The position numbers and the translations under genes were made by a program. Shown here piece by piece: positions 25,617 to 37,298 of a stretch of DNA of 64,000 nt. Location: the NCBI GenBank assembly GCA_965216325.1, contig OZ244160.1, positions 736,001-800,000 of the forward strand, written 5' to 3'. A model generated the notes under the pieces. It saw nothing but the letters and a program-made list of their open reading frames with translations, was not told where the DNA came from and made no database searches. Source of the stretch: Coraliomargarita sp. (GTDB taxonomy: Bacteria; Verrucomicrobiota; Verrucomicrobiia; Opitutales; Coraliomargaritaceae). Each line of letters begins with the position of its first letter. Position 1 is the stretch's first letter.

Positions 25617-26297
25617 TTAATTGTTGCCGATCGAATCATCTCCGAGTTCGCCCTTGAGCTCTCGGTCGATTCTCAGTTGTTCGATTTCATTTTGCAGGAA
25701 ATGTTTAAAGTGCTCGAAGCGTGCGTATATGCCGCGTGTTTCTAGTAGCTGCTGTTTCACTTCTCCTGATGCGCATAGTGTCGCAATCGAGATGTCGAGT
25801 GCGCCTTCCGGGTCTTTAATCGTCTGTAAAAAGCTAAGCACTTCCTTCGGAATCGGTGCGCCAAGTTCAATTTGAGTTTCTACGAGTCCGATGATTTCAG
25901 TCTGTATCGTATTCAGATCGCCAGGACTCGCGTCATGCTCGCTCAGTATTGGATGGATGCGTGCTTTACGGTAGGGCAGTTCGGTCGTGATTCCGTCTAA
26001 CTGGACGCGGGCGAGGCCTTGTAGCACCAGATTCGAGGTGCCGTCTTCATTCGTGTGGCAGGCTCGCACGACGCCGATTCCTGCAATCGAATGGGGTGGT
26101 TCATCGGCTCGATTGTCTTGGTCGCTGTCGTCAAGCGCAGCAATCGCGAAGATCCGGTCACCAGCCAGCACTTCGTTGAGCATGGTGCGGTAGCGCGGTT
26201 CGAAAATGTGCAGCGGCAGAATCGCTTGCGGAAACAGCACCGCGTTGCTCAGCGTCATGACAGGAACTTCGCGTGGGATCTCGATGTGCTGTGTCAT
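25617..26297 (-). CDS. Stand-alone Lon substrate-binding (LON_N) domain protein
   Basis: VLFPQAILPLHIFEPRYRTM, DGTSNLVLQGLARV. Confidence 0.88.
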   Translation of the reverse strand: MTQHIEIPREVPVMTLSNAVLFPQAILPLHIFEPRYRTMLNEVLAGDRIFAIAALDDSDQDNRADEPPHSIAGIGVVRACHTNEDGTSNLVLQGLARVQLDGITTELPYRKARIHPILSEHDASPGDLNTIQTEIIGLVETQIELGAPIPKEVLSFLQTIKDPEGALDISIATLCASGEVKQQLLETRGIYARFEHFKHFLQNEIEQLRIDRELKGELGDDSIGNN

Positions 26298-26332
26298 GCT
26301 GCGTGAGTGGTTTCGTGGAGGATGATTACGGC

Positions 26333-26617
26333 CTAGTTCCATTCGTCCGGGTGGAGTTTCATCGGTTCTGGATCCGAACACTCTGCATAATACACGGCCA
26401 TGCGGAAATAGCGAATCCGGTCCTCCGGTAAGTTGTCGGCTTTGGCTCTAGCTTCTTCGAAGAGCACCTCAGGGGCACGCCCCTGAAGCTGGTAAATTTC
26501 CCGAATGCCTATGTCGATCAAGTTCCGGACGGCTGCCACATCCATACGCGGAATGCGCATGAGCGCAGAGTTGAGCGCCTCATAATCGACTTTCTTTTTC
26601 TTCTTAGTTGGGACCAT
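26333..26617 (-). CDS. Small helix-hairpin-helix protein (Cdd1-like)
   Basis: LMRIP...LIDIGIREIYQLQGRAPEVLF...FRMAVYYAE...W. Confidence 0.7.
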   Translation of the reverse strand: MVPTKKKKKVDYEALNSALMRIPRMDVAAVRNLIDIGIREIYQLQGRAPEVLFEEARAKADNLPEDRIRYFRMAVYYAECSDPEPMKLHPDEWN

Positions 26618-26687
26618 CGTGGGCAGTTGAGCGCAGTGAACTTCATTTTGCAACTACGACATCATCGCATTTGTCGAGCCACTGCGC

Positions 26688-26737
26688 TGTGTCACGCCGG
26701 TGAGACATGGCGCGCAACTGTGACACGATCTGTCACA
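26688..26737. promoter_or_regulatory. Two adjacent inverted repeats; candidate enhancer (UAS) sites
   Basis: TGTGTCAC-GCCG-GTGAGACA and the perfect TGTGACA-CGATC-TGTCACA, about 100-145 bp upstream of the sigma-54 motif. Confidence 0.5.
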
Positions 26738-26832
26738 CCTTGACTCAGTTTTGAGTGGGGTCTCCAGCGCTTGGATACTGGACTTGTTTTTAATCTTGTT
26801 GCAAATCAAGTAGATAGGATTTGTGAGGGGCC

Positions 26833-26849
26833 TTGGCACTGGCATTGCT
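26833..26849 (+). promoter_or_regulatory. Sigma-54 (-24/-12) promoter for dnaK
   Basis: TTGGCAC-TGGCA-TTGCT matches TGGCAC-N5-TTGCW exactly. Confidence 0.75.
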
Positions 26850-26860
26850 ATTGGGCTGGC

Positions 26861-28813
<1,953 letters not shown>

Positions 28814-28904
28814 ATTCTTAAACCACTAGCGTGCTGGTCGTATTGGCCAGCGCGCTTCTTCTTAATTCAAACCAAAACGTATTCAAAATACACATACACA
28901 AACT

Positions 28905-29180
28905 ATGAAAATCAAACCACTCGGTTCCCGCGTTCTCGTAAAGCGCATCGAAGAAGACGAACAAGTCCGTGGCGGCATCATCATTCCTGATTCCGCTAAG
29001 GAGAAGTCCCAGGAAGCACAAGTTGTTGCTTTGGGCACAGGTAAGGCTGATGACAAACCATTCTACGTAAAGAAGGGTGACAAGGTTCTCCTTCCTAATT
29101 ACGGCGGTTCCCAAATCAAGGTCGACGGTGTTGAATACACACTCATCGAGGAAGACGACATCCTCGGTATCGTAGGCTAA
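28905..29180 (+). CDS. groES: Co-chaperonin GroES
   Basis: [29 protein letters not shown]. Confidence 0.98.
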   Translation: MKIKPLGSRVLVKRIEEDEQVRGGIIIPDSAKEKSQEAQVVALGTGKADDKPFYVKKGDKVLLPNYGGSQIKVDGVEYTLIEEDDILGIVG

Positions 29181-29209
29181 TACGCCGAACTACAGATTTA
29201 ATCAAATAA

Positions 29210-30868
<1,659 letters not shown>

Positions 30869-30912
30869 TCCATTCGGATTCATCCGCTCAAGCAAACCAA
30901 TCCATTCATAAC

Positions 30913-30946
30913 AAAGCCCTCCGGTTCAAACCGGAGGGCTTTTTTT
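30913..30946 (+). terminator. Rho-independent terminator of the chaperone operon
   Basis: AAAGCCCTCCGGTT-CA-AACCGGAGGGCTTT followed by a T-run. Confidence 0.92.
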
Positions 30947-31021
30947 GCTTAAAGACTCAAGATAGCGCTAATTTTGAGTAAGTTCACCGTTCAATGAAAT
31001 ATCATGTGAAATAAGCCGCTG

Positions 31022-31261
31022 GTGATCCATAAGCCCTTAATTCAGAGTGATTTGGGTGGGGGCTATGTTCTTGTGGCTGACGCTTGGGATTATGTTGATT
31101 TATGGTTGAGGCGAACAGGGAAGCATCAGGATGCGCGATTTTATTGGCAGCAAACTAGATTGTTTTTTGACGCATCTAGAATGCTTCCCAATGTGGCGTC
31201 GCCGCTTCCTGCCTATTACTGTTTCTTGAATGCAGTTAAACCGTTTACGAGCGGTTTATGA
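31022..31261 (+). pseudogene. Truncated remnant resembling the N-terminal part of YaaC-like proteins
   Basis: ARFYWQQTRLFFDASRMLPNVASPLPAYYCFLNAVK followed by an early stop; locally AT-richer DNA. Confidence 0.5.
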
Positions 31262-31322
31262 CAATTTATTAGCTTCGCGTATAGATTCCTTTGGCTAGAG
31301 CATTTTTATCTAGCCAAAGTGT

Positions 31323-32246
31323 GTGTGTGGCTTCGATATGGGCATAATGTTACGGACTATTCGCTTCCTTGCTTTAGTGGCCTGTCAGTATGCTGTGCTG
31401 GGTGCGGCTTCCTTTGTAAATCCATCATGGGATCTCGAGAGGATTTACCATGCCAGTCCGTATGCATTTTCGGGACAGCTGACATCCATCGAAATCGTTG
31501 CAGAAGTCAAAACAGGCGTGATGGGGGTTGAGCTGAGCGAGCTGTCGACAGATGACCCAGACTTGCGAGAGATTGTCTGGCGCAATGTGCGTCTTTATAC
31601 CTTTGCCGTGCAAGATGCTTTTAAAGGAGATGTGTTCGGTGAGATCGAAGTGTATGCACCAACGGCAGAAACTTTGTGGTCCTATTTCAAAACCGAACTC
31701 GGATATACGATTCTGAGCAAGGCGGCTGATCCGGATCCCTATGCGGGCAAATTATCCGTCGGGGAGCAGGGGCTCTTTTTTGTGAATGCCTTTAATGGTT
31801 CGACACTTCCCGTTCTGGTTGCCTTGCGCTCTGAGGAGCAAGCGGAACGTGGGATTCGTATTTTGCAGACTTTCAAGCAGACACAGGGCGTCGACCTTGC
31901 GGCAGTTATTGAGCTGGATGATACCATGCAGGCAGCTGCAGCGGAACAGGAGCGCGTGTATCTGGAAAGTTTAGAGAAGCGTTACTTCAAGATTACCATG
32001 CTTTCGAACCTTCAGGAGCGACGCTCTGAGCTGGAAAAAATCATAGCTGAATTAGGCTACGATTCCCTATGGTCACAGGATGCTTTTGAAGCCAAGCACG
32101 CTGGAAGTTTCGCGATGTTTGTAGAGGAGGGGCGAGTCCGTGATGCACCCTCAAGACCTGAATCCGGTAAGGAGCGCCTCTGGTATGAGTGCACTATGGA
32201 AATTGAGAAAATCGATATGATCCTGAAGGCCCGAACACAGAAATAG
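31323..32246 (+). CDS. Secreted hypothetical protein (start uncertain)
   Basis: 307-aa ORF; signal-peptide-like segment; beta-rich N-half and helical C-half. Confidence 0.7.
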   Translation: MCGFDMGIMLRTIRFLALVACQYAVLGAASFVNPSWDLERIYHASPYAFSGQLTSIEIVAEVKTGVMGVELSELSTDDPDLREIVWRNVRLYTFAVQDAFKGDVFGEIEVYAPTAETLWSYFKTELGYTILSKAADPDPYAGKLSVGEQGLFFVNAFNGSTLPVLVALRSEEQAERGIRILQTFKQTQGVDLAAVIELDDTMQAAAAEQERVYLESLEKRYFKITMLSNLQERRSELEKIIAELGYDSLWSQDAFEAKHAGSFAMFVEEGRVRDAPSRPESGKERLWYECTMEIEKIDMILKARTQK

Positions 32247-32249
32247 ACA

Positions 32250-32630
32250 ATGATTCAGGCTGAGATTTTAAAGGCGGATCAAGCGGATGAGTTTGAAACT
32301 GTAGAGCGCTGCGCAATTCTTGAACTGGCAAATGACGCAAGAGATCCTGCGCTATCGATTGCGCGTGCACGGGTTGCGCCCGGTGTCACAACTGCTTGGC
32401 ACAAGCTGGAGGGGGTCGCGGAGCGCTATGTGATTGTTTCCGGCCGCGGGCGTGTTGAAGTGGGCAGTTTGCCGGCGACTGAAGTGGAGTCGGGCGATGT
32501 CGTGCGGATTCCTGCTGGCGTTCGTCAGCGTATTACTAATGTCGGCGACGATGATTTGATTTTCTTCGCACTGTGCACGCCACGCTTTACTCCTGAGTGT
32601 TATATTGATTTGGAGAATAGGAACACATGA
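32250..32630 (+). CDS. Cupin-domain protein
   Basis: TAWHKL...ERYVIVSGRG...GDVVRIPAGVRQRITN. Confidence 0.88.
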   Translation: MIQAEILKADQADEFETVERCAILELANDARDPALSIARARVAPGVTTAWHKLEGVAERYVIVSGRGRVEVGSLPATEVESGDVVRIPAGVRQRITNVGDDDLIFFALCTPRFTPECYIDLENRNT

Positions 32631-33073
32631 TGAAACCATTTATAGCCTGCATCTTATTGACTGCTTGTTTGGTGAGTGGTTGTGGGAAGTCGCCCAAGCA
32701 GAAAGCTGAAGCGGTGTTTTCAGTGCAGGAGATCGAACAAGGCCTCCAATTGTTGCCGACCTATTGTAATACCTGTCACGGAGTTGGAGAGCGTGAGATC
32801 GATGAAATGCTCTCACCGCCCCTATGGGCGATTCGGGACTTTTATTTGGACCAGTATCCCGAGCCTGAGCCGTTTGTGGATGCGATGGTTGAATTTATGC
32901 AGTTCCCGAGAGAGGAGAATGCATTGATGCCGTCTGAAGTGAAGAACTATGGTTTGATGACGACCGTTTCCTTAAGTGAGGCTGATCTGCGTGCGACTGC
33001 GATTGTAATTTATGCGGGTCTGATTGAGCGCCCGTCATGGTATCGTGATTACGAAAAGCTGCATAGGAAATAG
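32627..33073 (+). CDS. Monoheme cytochrome c lipoprotein
   Basis: Lipobox LVSGC, CNTCH, distal Met candidates (ALMP, GLM). Confidence 0.85.
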   Translation: MMKPFIACILLTACLVSGCGKSPKQKAEAVFSVQEIEQGLQLLPTYCNTCHGVGEREIDEMLSPPLWAIRDFYLDQYPEPEPFVDAMVEFMQFPREENALMPSEVKNYGLMTTVSLSEADLRATAIVIYAGLIERPSWYRDYEKLHRK

Positions 33074-33137
33074 CCTGTTACGCTGGGTTTTTCCTTGCTG
33101 GCTTTTGTGCGCTTAGAATAGTCGGCTAACGTAACCG

Positions 33138-33572
33138 ATGGAACTGACTTCATTTACAGACTACTCGCTTCGGATCCTTATTTATCTTGCAGATGATACG
33201 GAGCGCTTGTCGTCGATCGATGAGTTGGCAGAGTTCTATCAGTTGTCACGTCACCATGTCGCTAAGATCGTAAAACGTCTCGCGGACTTGGAGTATCTGG
33301 AAACGATTCGTGGTAAGAATGGTGGCCTGCGTTTGGCGAAAGATCCGTCCGAGATCAATGTCGCGGCTGTGATTAAGCAGACGGAACCGCACTTCAATCT
33401 GGTTGAATGTATGTGTGAGGGGAAGACCTCCGCCTGTATGATCCATGGGCATTGTGGCTTAAAGGGAGCACTGGCTACGGCGCGTGGACATTTTTTTGCG
33501 CACCTTGCGAAGTTCTCACTCGCAGACGTTGCAATGAGCAAAAAAGAGTCGTCCAAGCTCGGGATTCGCTAA
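33138..33572 (+). CDS. nsrR: NO-sensing Rrf2-family regulator, NsrR-like
   Basis: MELTSFTDYSLR and RGKNGG closely match enterobacterial NsrR; Cys cluster VECMC...C...C. Confidence 0.85.
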   Translation: MELTSFTDYSLRILIYLADDTERLSSIDELAEFYQLSRHHVAKIVKRLADLEYLETIRGKNGGLRLAKDPSEINVAAVIKQTEPHFNLVECMCEGKTSACMIHGHCGLKGALATARGHFFAHLAKFSLADVAMSKKESSKLGIR

Positions 33573-33673
33573 GTTTTGGATAAAATCGCACCATGAATGC
33601 GATTTATGGGTTCATTTAAGGCGCTCATCTGAACTTTTTGAGTTTTTTGGGCAGTTTTGGCCTCATTTTTAGA

Positions 33674-33696
33674 AAGTGGTATTCTGTATGCTATTT
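33674..33696. promoter_or_regulatory. Candidate NsrR operator
   Basis: Imperfect 11-1-11 palindrome AAGTGGTATTC-T-GTATGCTATTT with a GTAT-N5-ATGC core, about 55 bp before the next ATG. Confidence 0.55.
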
Positions 33697-33752
33697 ATGG
33701 TCTCAGTTTCATCCGAAGCTAACTGAAGATACTAACCTGAGAACACACTATC

Positions 33753-34349
33753 ATGAAGAAAGCGATACTAGTGCTACCCGCGGCCTGGGCTGCGATTGCA
33801 TCCATGCTGTCCTTTACGGGCTGCAATGACTCCGAAGCCTCCGCCTCTACAGGCGTTTCCTATGAAAAACTCACCGATGCCTTGCATATGGTGCTCGAGA
33901 ATGACCGGACTGTTTACACTAAGAAGGTGGTTAACCGACTGGTGAAGGAAGATAAGGTCATCAAGGCGACTGAAGAGTGGGCTGAAGATAAGACTTTGCC
34001 ACTGCCTGCGCAGATGTTCCGCATGGGTGCTGAGTTGACTGCAAGTAAAGATGCGTGGTTCAGTTACTCGCTGCAGTCTCTGTGGCCGATTAACAAGTCC
34101 AATGCGGAAGGCCAAACCGAGGTTGAGAAGGAAGGTCTCCAGTTCGTTGCAGACAACGGTGGCACCGCTCCGTTCTACGGCGAAGAAGAACTCGGTGGTA
34201 AGAAATATTTCACAGCAGTCTATGCGGACGTCGGCGTCGCTCCCGTATGCATCAGTTGCCACAATGAGCACAAGGACAGTCCAAAGACTGACTTCAAGCT
34301 CGGCGACGTGATGGGTGGAGTCGTGATTCGTATTCCAATGGATAGCTAG
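33753..34349 (+). CDS. Tll0287/DUF3365-like c-type heme lipoprotein
   Basis: Lipobox FTGC, PLPAQMFR, SLWPINK, CISCH, FKLGDVMGG. Confidence 0.82.
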   Translation: MKKAILVLPAAWAAIASMLSFTGCNDSEASASTGVSYEKLTDALHMVLENDRTVYTKKVVNRLVKEDKVIKATEEWAEDKTLPLPAQMFRMGAELTASKDAWFSYSLQSLWPINKSNAEGQTEVEKEGLQFVADNGGTAPFYGEEELGGKKYFTAVYADVGVAPVCISCHNEHKDSPKTDFKLGDVMGGVVIRIPMDS

Positions 34350-34364
34350 CTCCTACGCTAAGCC

Positions 34365-34766
34365 GTGCGATCTTTTGTATACATAGTGATGTCCATGCTT
34401 CTCCTTGCTGCAGCCTTCAGTGGCTGTGGCAAGGAGGAGCCTAAGGGCTCTGCTGCGGAAGCGGCAAAGCCTTTTGACCCGATGGCCCTTGATTTGACCG
34501 ATCCGAATTTGATTGCGGGGCGGGCAACTTGGGTTGCGACCTGTGGCCAATGTCACGTTCGTGGTCTCGGTGGAGCGCCCATTATTGCTGACAAGGCGGC
34601 GTGGGCGCCACGAATCGCGAAGGGGAAGGGGGCACTCTATGATCATGCGATCAACGGCTTTTCCGGCCCACAAATGAATGAGATGCCACCGAAGGGTGGC
34701 TTTACTGAACTAACTGATGAAGAGGTGAAGCGAGCGGTCGATTTTGTGATCTTCGCCAGCCAATAA
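34365..34766 (+). CDS. Cytochrome c5-family lipoprotein
   Basis: FSGC lipobox, CGQCH, GAP...WAPR, MPPKGG, LTDEEV. Confidence 0.9.
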   Translation: MRSFVYIVMSMLLLAAAFSGCGKEEPKGSAAEAAKPFDPMALDLTDPNLIAGRATWVATCGQCHVRGLGGAPIIADKAAWAPRIAKGKGALYDHAINGFSGPQMNEMPPKGGFTELTDEEVKRAVDFVIFASQ

Positions 34767-34798
34767 CCCAACCTTACTAACACACATATTTATATTCT

Positions 34799-35173
34799 AT
34801 GAGCTCAATTTACGAACGTATTGGAGGTGAGCCTGCAATTGATGCGGCTGTTGATTTGTTCTATGTCAAAGTGCTAGCGGATGACCGCATTAAGCACTTT
34901 TTTGATGGCATTCCAATGGAACGCATGCATGGCCACCAGAAGAAGTTTCTGACTATGGCACTTGGCGGCCCAAACAACTACGATGGTCGTGGTATGGCTG
35001 CCGCGCACGCTCGTTTGGTCAATGAAATGGGACTGAATGACACGCATTTTGATGCAGTGATCGAGAATCTTGGAGCGACCCTCACGGAACTGGGTGTCCC
35101 AGGTGATTTGATCGGTGAAGCTGCTGCTGTGGCAGAAAGCACTCGCGAGCAAGTGCTCGGCCGCGCCTCTTAG
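34799..35173 (+). CDS. Group I truncated hemoglobin (trHbN-like)
   Basis: SIYERIGG, FYVKVLAD, HQKKFL, GGPNNYDGR, AAH, HFDAV. Confidence 0.93.
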   Translation: MSSIYERIGGEPAIDAAVDLFYVKVLADDRIKHFFDGIPMERMHGHQKKFLTMALGGPNNYDGRGMAAAHARLVNEMGLNDTHFDAVIENLGATLTELGVPGDLIGEAAAVAESTREQVLGRAS

Positions 35174-35201
35174 TCGGACTCGAATCACTGAGTTTGTGCA
35201 T

Positions 35202-35227
35202 TGCTGGTGGCCTTCGGGCCACCGGCG
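35202..35227 (+). other. GC-rich hairpin with UUCG loop between the globin and oxidoreductase genes
   Basis: TGCTGGTGGCC-TTCG-GGCCACCGGCG; no strong T-run follows. Confidence 0.55.
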
Positions 35228-35315
35228 GGGCTTTGCCATGTTTGTTGGTGGCCCGTGATTTGACCAGTGGTTGATTGTGCCACTTGGCCTAAGACCTGCT
35301 TAGTTGTTTTATTGC

Positions 35316-37298
35316 ATGGCTTCTCCTAAGAACGCATCCAAACCCAGCGCTGAGCCATTGCTGATTGTTGGCAATGGTATGGTCAGTTGGCGCTTGTGTC
35401 AGCAGTTGGTGGAGCGTGGTGTCCATGAGTCTCGACGGATTCTTGTCTTTGGTGAGGAGCCATATGCGGCATATGATCGCGTCAACCTGACTAAGTTCTT
35501 TGAACTTGATGACAGTGATGACTTGTTATTGGCATCGAAAGACTGGTATGCGCAGCATGATATAACGCTGCATACGAATCGACGTATCCTGAAGTTGGAT
35601 ACAGCTCAGAAGCTCGTGGTCGATGACTCAGGCGAAGAGCATTCCTATGGTGACTGTGTGCTGTCTACGGGAAGTAGTGCATTTGTTCCGCCCATTGAGG
35701 GCGTCGATGCCGATAATGTTTTCGTCTACAGAACGATCGAAGATATCGAGCGCATAAAGCACGCAGCGGAAACCGCTAAGTCCGGTGTTGTTATCGGGGG
35801 CGGGCTACTGGGGCTTGAGGCTGCTCAGGTTCTAAAGGATTTTGATCTGCAGACCTGCATTGTTCAGGCTGCGAATACACTAATGAGCCGTCAGTTGAAC
35901 GAGGACGGTGGTAGTTACTTGCTACGTGAAGTCGCCGAGTTGGGCATGTCGGTTCGACTGACTACCAATACGCAACGAATCGTTCCGACTGCACATGGCT
36001 TGGATTTAGAGCTGAATAAGGGTGAGCCTTTGAGTGCGGATCTCGTGGTGATTGCTGCTGGTATTAAGCCACGTGACGAGCTTGCTGTGGATGCTGGACT
36101 TTCAACGGCGACCCGAGGGGGCATTATCGTCAATAACCGCCTGCAGACAGATGATCCGAATGTCTATGCGATTGGCGAATGTGCATCGCACAAGGGTAAG
36201 GTTTATGGACTGGTTGCGCCCGGCTACGAGATGGCTGATGCACTGGCGCGCTCGCTGGCTGGCAAGAAGCGTGTGCGGTATCGTGGCAGTGACGAGTCGT
36301 GCCGACTCAAGCTACTGGGCGTTGAGGTGAGTGTCTTTGGCGATTATATGCAAGAGGGCGATTACCATGTGCATCGTGGTGAGAAGACTTATCGTTCCCT
36401 GGTGCTCAAGCGTGGCAAATTGATCGGTGCGACTGTCATTGGACCATGGGAGCAAGCTGCCGAAATCGAGCGTGCGGTTCGTGAAGAGCGTCGCATCAGT
36501 AAACGTCTGATCGCGGCTTTCGAGCGCACTGGAGATCTCTTTGCCGAACTGGCCATCGACAATGTCTTGGAGTGGTCGGACCTGACCATTGTCTGTAATT
36601 GCACTCGCACGAATTGTATTCAGTTGAAACAAGCGGTGGTTGGTGGCTGTTCATCGGTCGACGCATTGACTGAGTCTACCGGAGCCGGATCGGTCTGCGG
36701 TTCCTGTCGTCCTCAGCTGGCTCAATTTGTGGGTGACTCCTCGGCACGCTTTGTCGATACAGCTTCGCAAAAGGGGGGGCGTCTGTTGATCGTCTCTGCT
36801 ATTGTGGCTCTACTCGCTTTGGCGGCGATCTTCTTTGTGCCGGGATTACCTGCTGCGGAAAGCGTGCAGACTGGCTACTATGAATTTACCTGCCTCTGGC
36901 AGGACTCCCTGACTAAGCAAATCACTGGATTCACCATAGCCGGGCTTTCGCTGATTGCCTTGCTACTGTCTGCGCGCAAGCGCTTACGGTTTCTGAATTT
37001 TGGCAATTATGGTTTCTGGCGTGCGCTGCATTCTTGGTTAGGCGTCACGACTTTGGTTGGGGTGTTCTTGCACACGGGATTACACTTTGGAGACAATCTG
37101 AACCTCTGGCTCTTGCTGTGTTTCCTAGGGCTCAATTTGGCGGGTGGTTTGGCGGCCATTGCGGTTGCCGCGGAGCGACGCTTCGCGGGGCCAGTCGGAG
37201 GACGCATCCGCGCCTTGGCGACCAAGGCGCACATCATTTTCTTTTTGCCGTATCCTGTCCTGCTCGGCTTTCACATCGCTAAGGTCTATATTTACTGA
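35316..37298 (+). CDS. NirB-like FAD/NAD(P)H oxidoreductase + BFD-like [2Fe-2S] + membrane domain with putative di-heme b
   Basis: GNGMVS, YDRVNL, GGGLLGLE, AIGECA; CNC...CGSC; about 5 TM helices with two H-x13-H pairs; no siroheme domain. Confidence 0.88.
   Translation: MASPKNASKPSAEPLLIVGNGMVSWRLCQQLVERGVHESRRILVFGEEPYAAYDRVNLTKFFELDDSDDLLLASKDWYAQHDITLHTNRRILKLDTAQKLVVDDSGEEHSYGDCVLSTGSSAFVPPIEGVDADNVFVYRTIEDIERIKHAAETAKSGVVIGGGLLGLEAAQVLKDFDLQTCIVQAANTLMSRQLNEDGGSYLLREVAELGMSVRLTTNTQRIVPTAHGLDLELNKGEPLSADLVVIAAGIKPRDELAVDAGLSTATRGGIIVNNRLQTDDPNVYAIGECASHKGKVYGLVAPGYEMADALARSLAGKKRVRYRGSDESCRLKLLGVEVSVFGDYMQEGDYHVHRGEKTYRSLVLKRGKLIGATVIGPWEQAAEIERAVREERRISKRLIAAFERTGDLFAELAIDNVLEWSDLTIVCNCTRTNCIQLKQAVVGGCSSVDALTESTGAGSVCGSCRPQLAQFVGDSSARFVDTASQKGGRLLIVSAIVALLALAAIFFVPGLPAAESVQTGYYEFTCLWQDSLTKQITGFTIAGLSLIALLLSARKRLRFLNFGNYGFWRALHSWLGVTTLVGVFLHTGLHFGDNLNLWLLLCFLGLNLAGGLAAIAVAAERRFAGPVGGRIRALATKAHIIFFLPYPVLLGFHIAKVYIY

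Noticed and set aside
26833..26850. CIRCE element before dnaK
   Set aside because: TTGGCACT resembles a half-site, but the N9 spacing and second arm are missing; the sigma-54 consensus fits exactly.
35316..37298. Calling this gene nirB (assimilatory nitrite reductase)
   Set aside because: No siroheme/[4Fe-4S] catalytic domain and no nirD; the C-terminus is a membrane domain.
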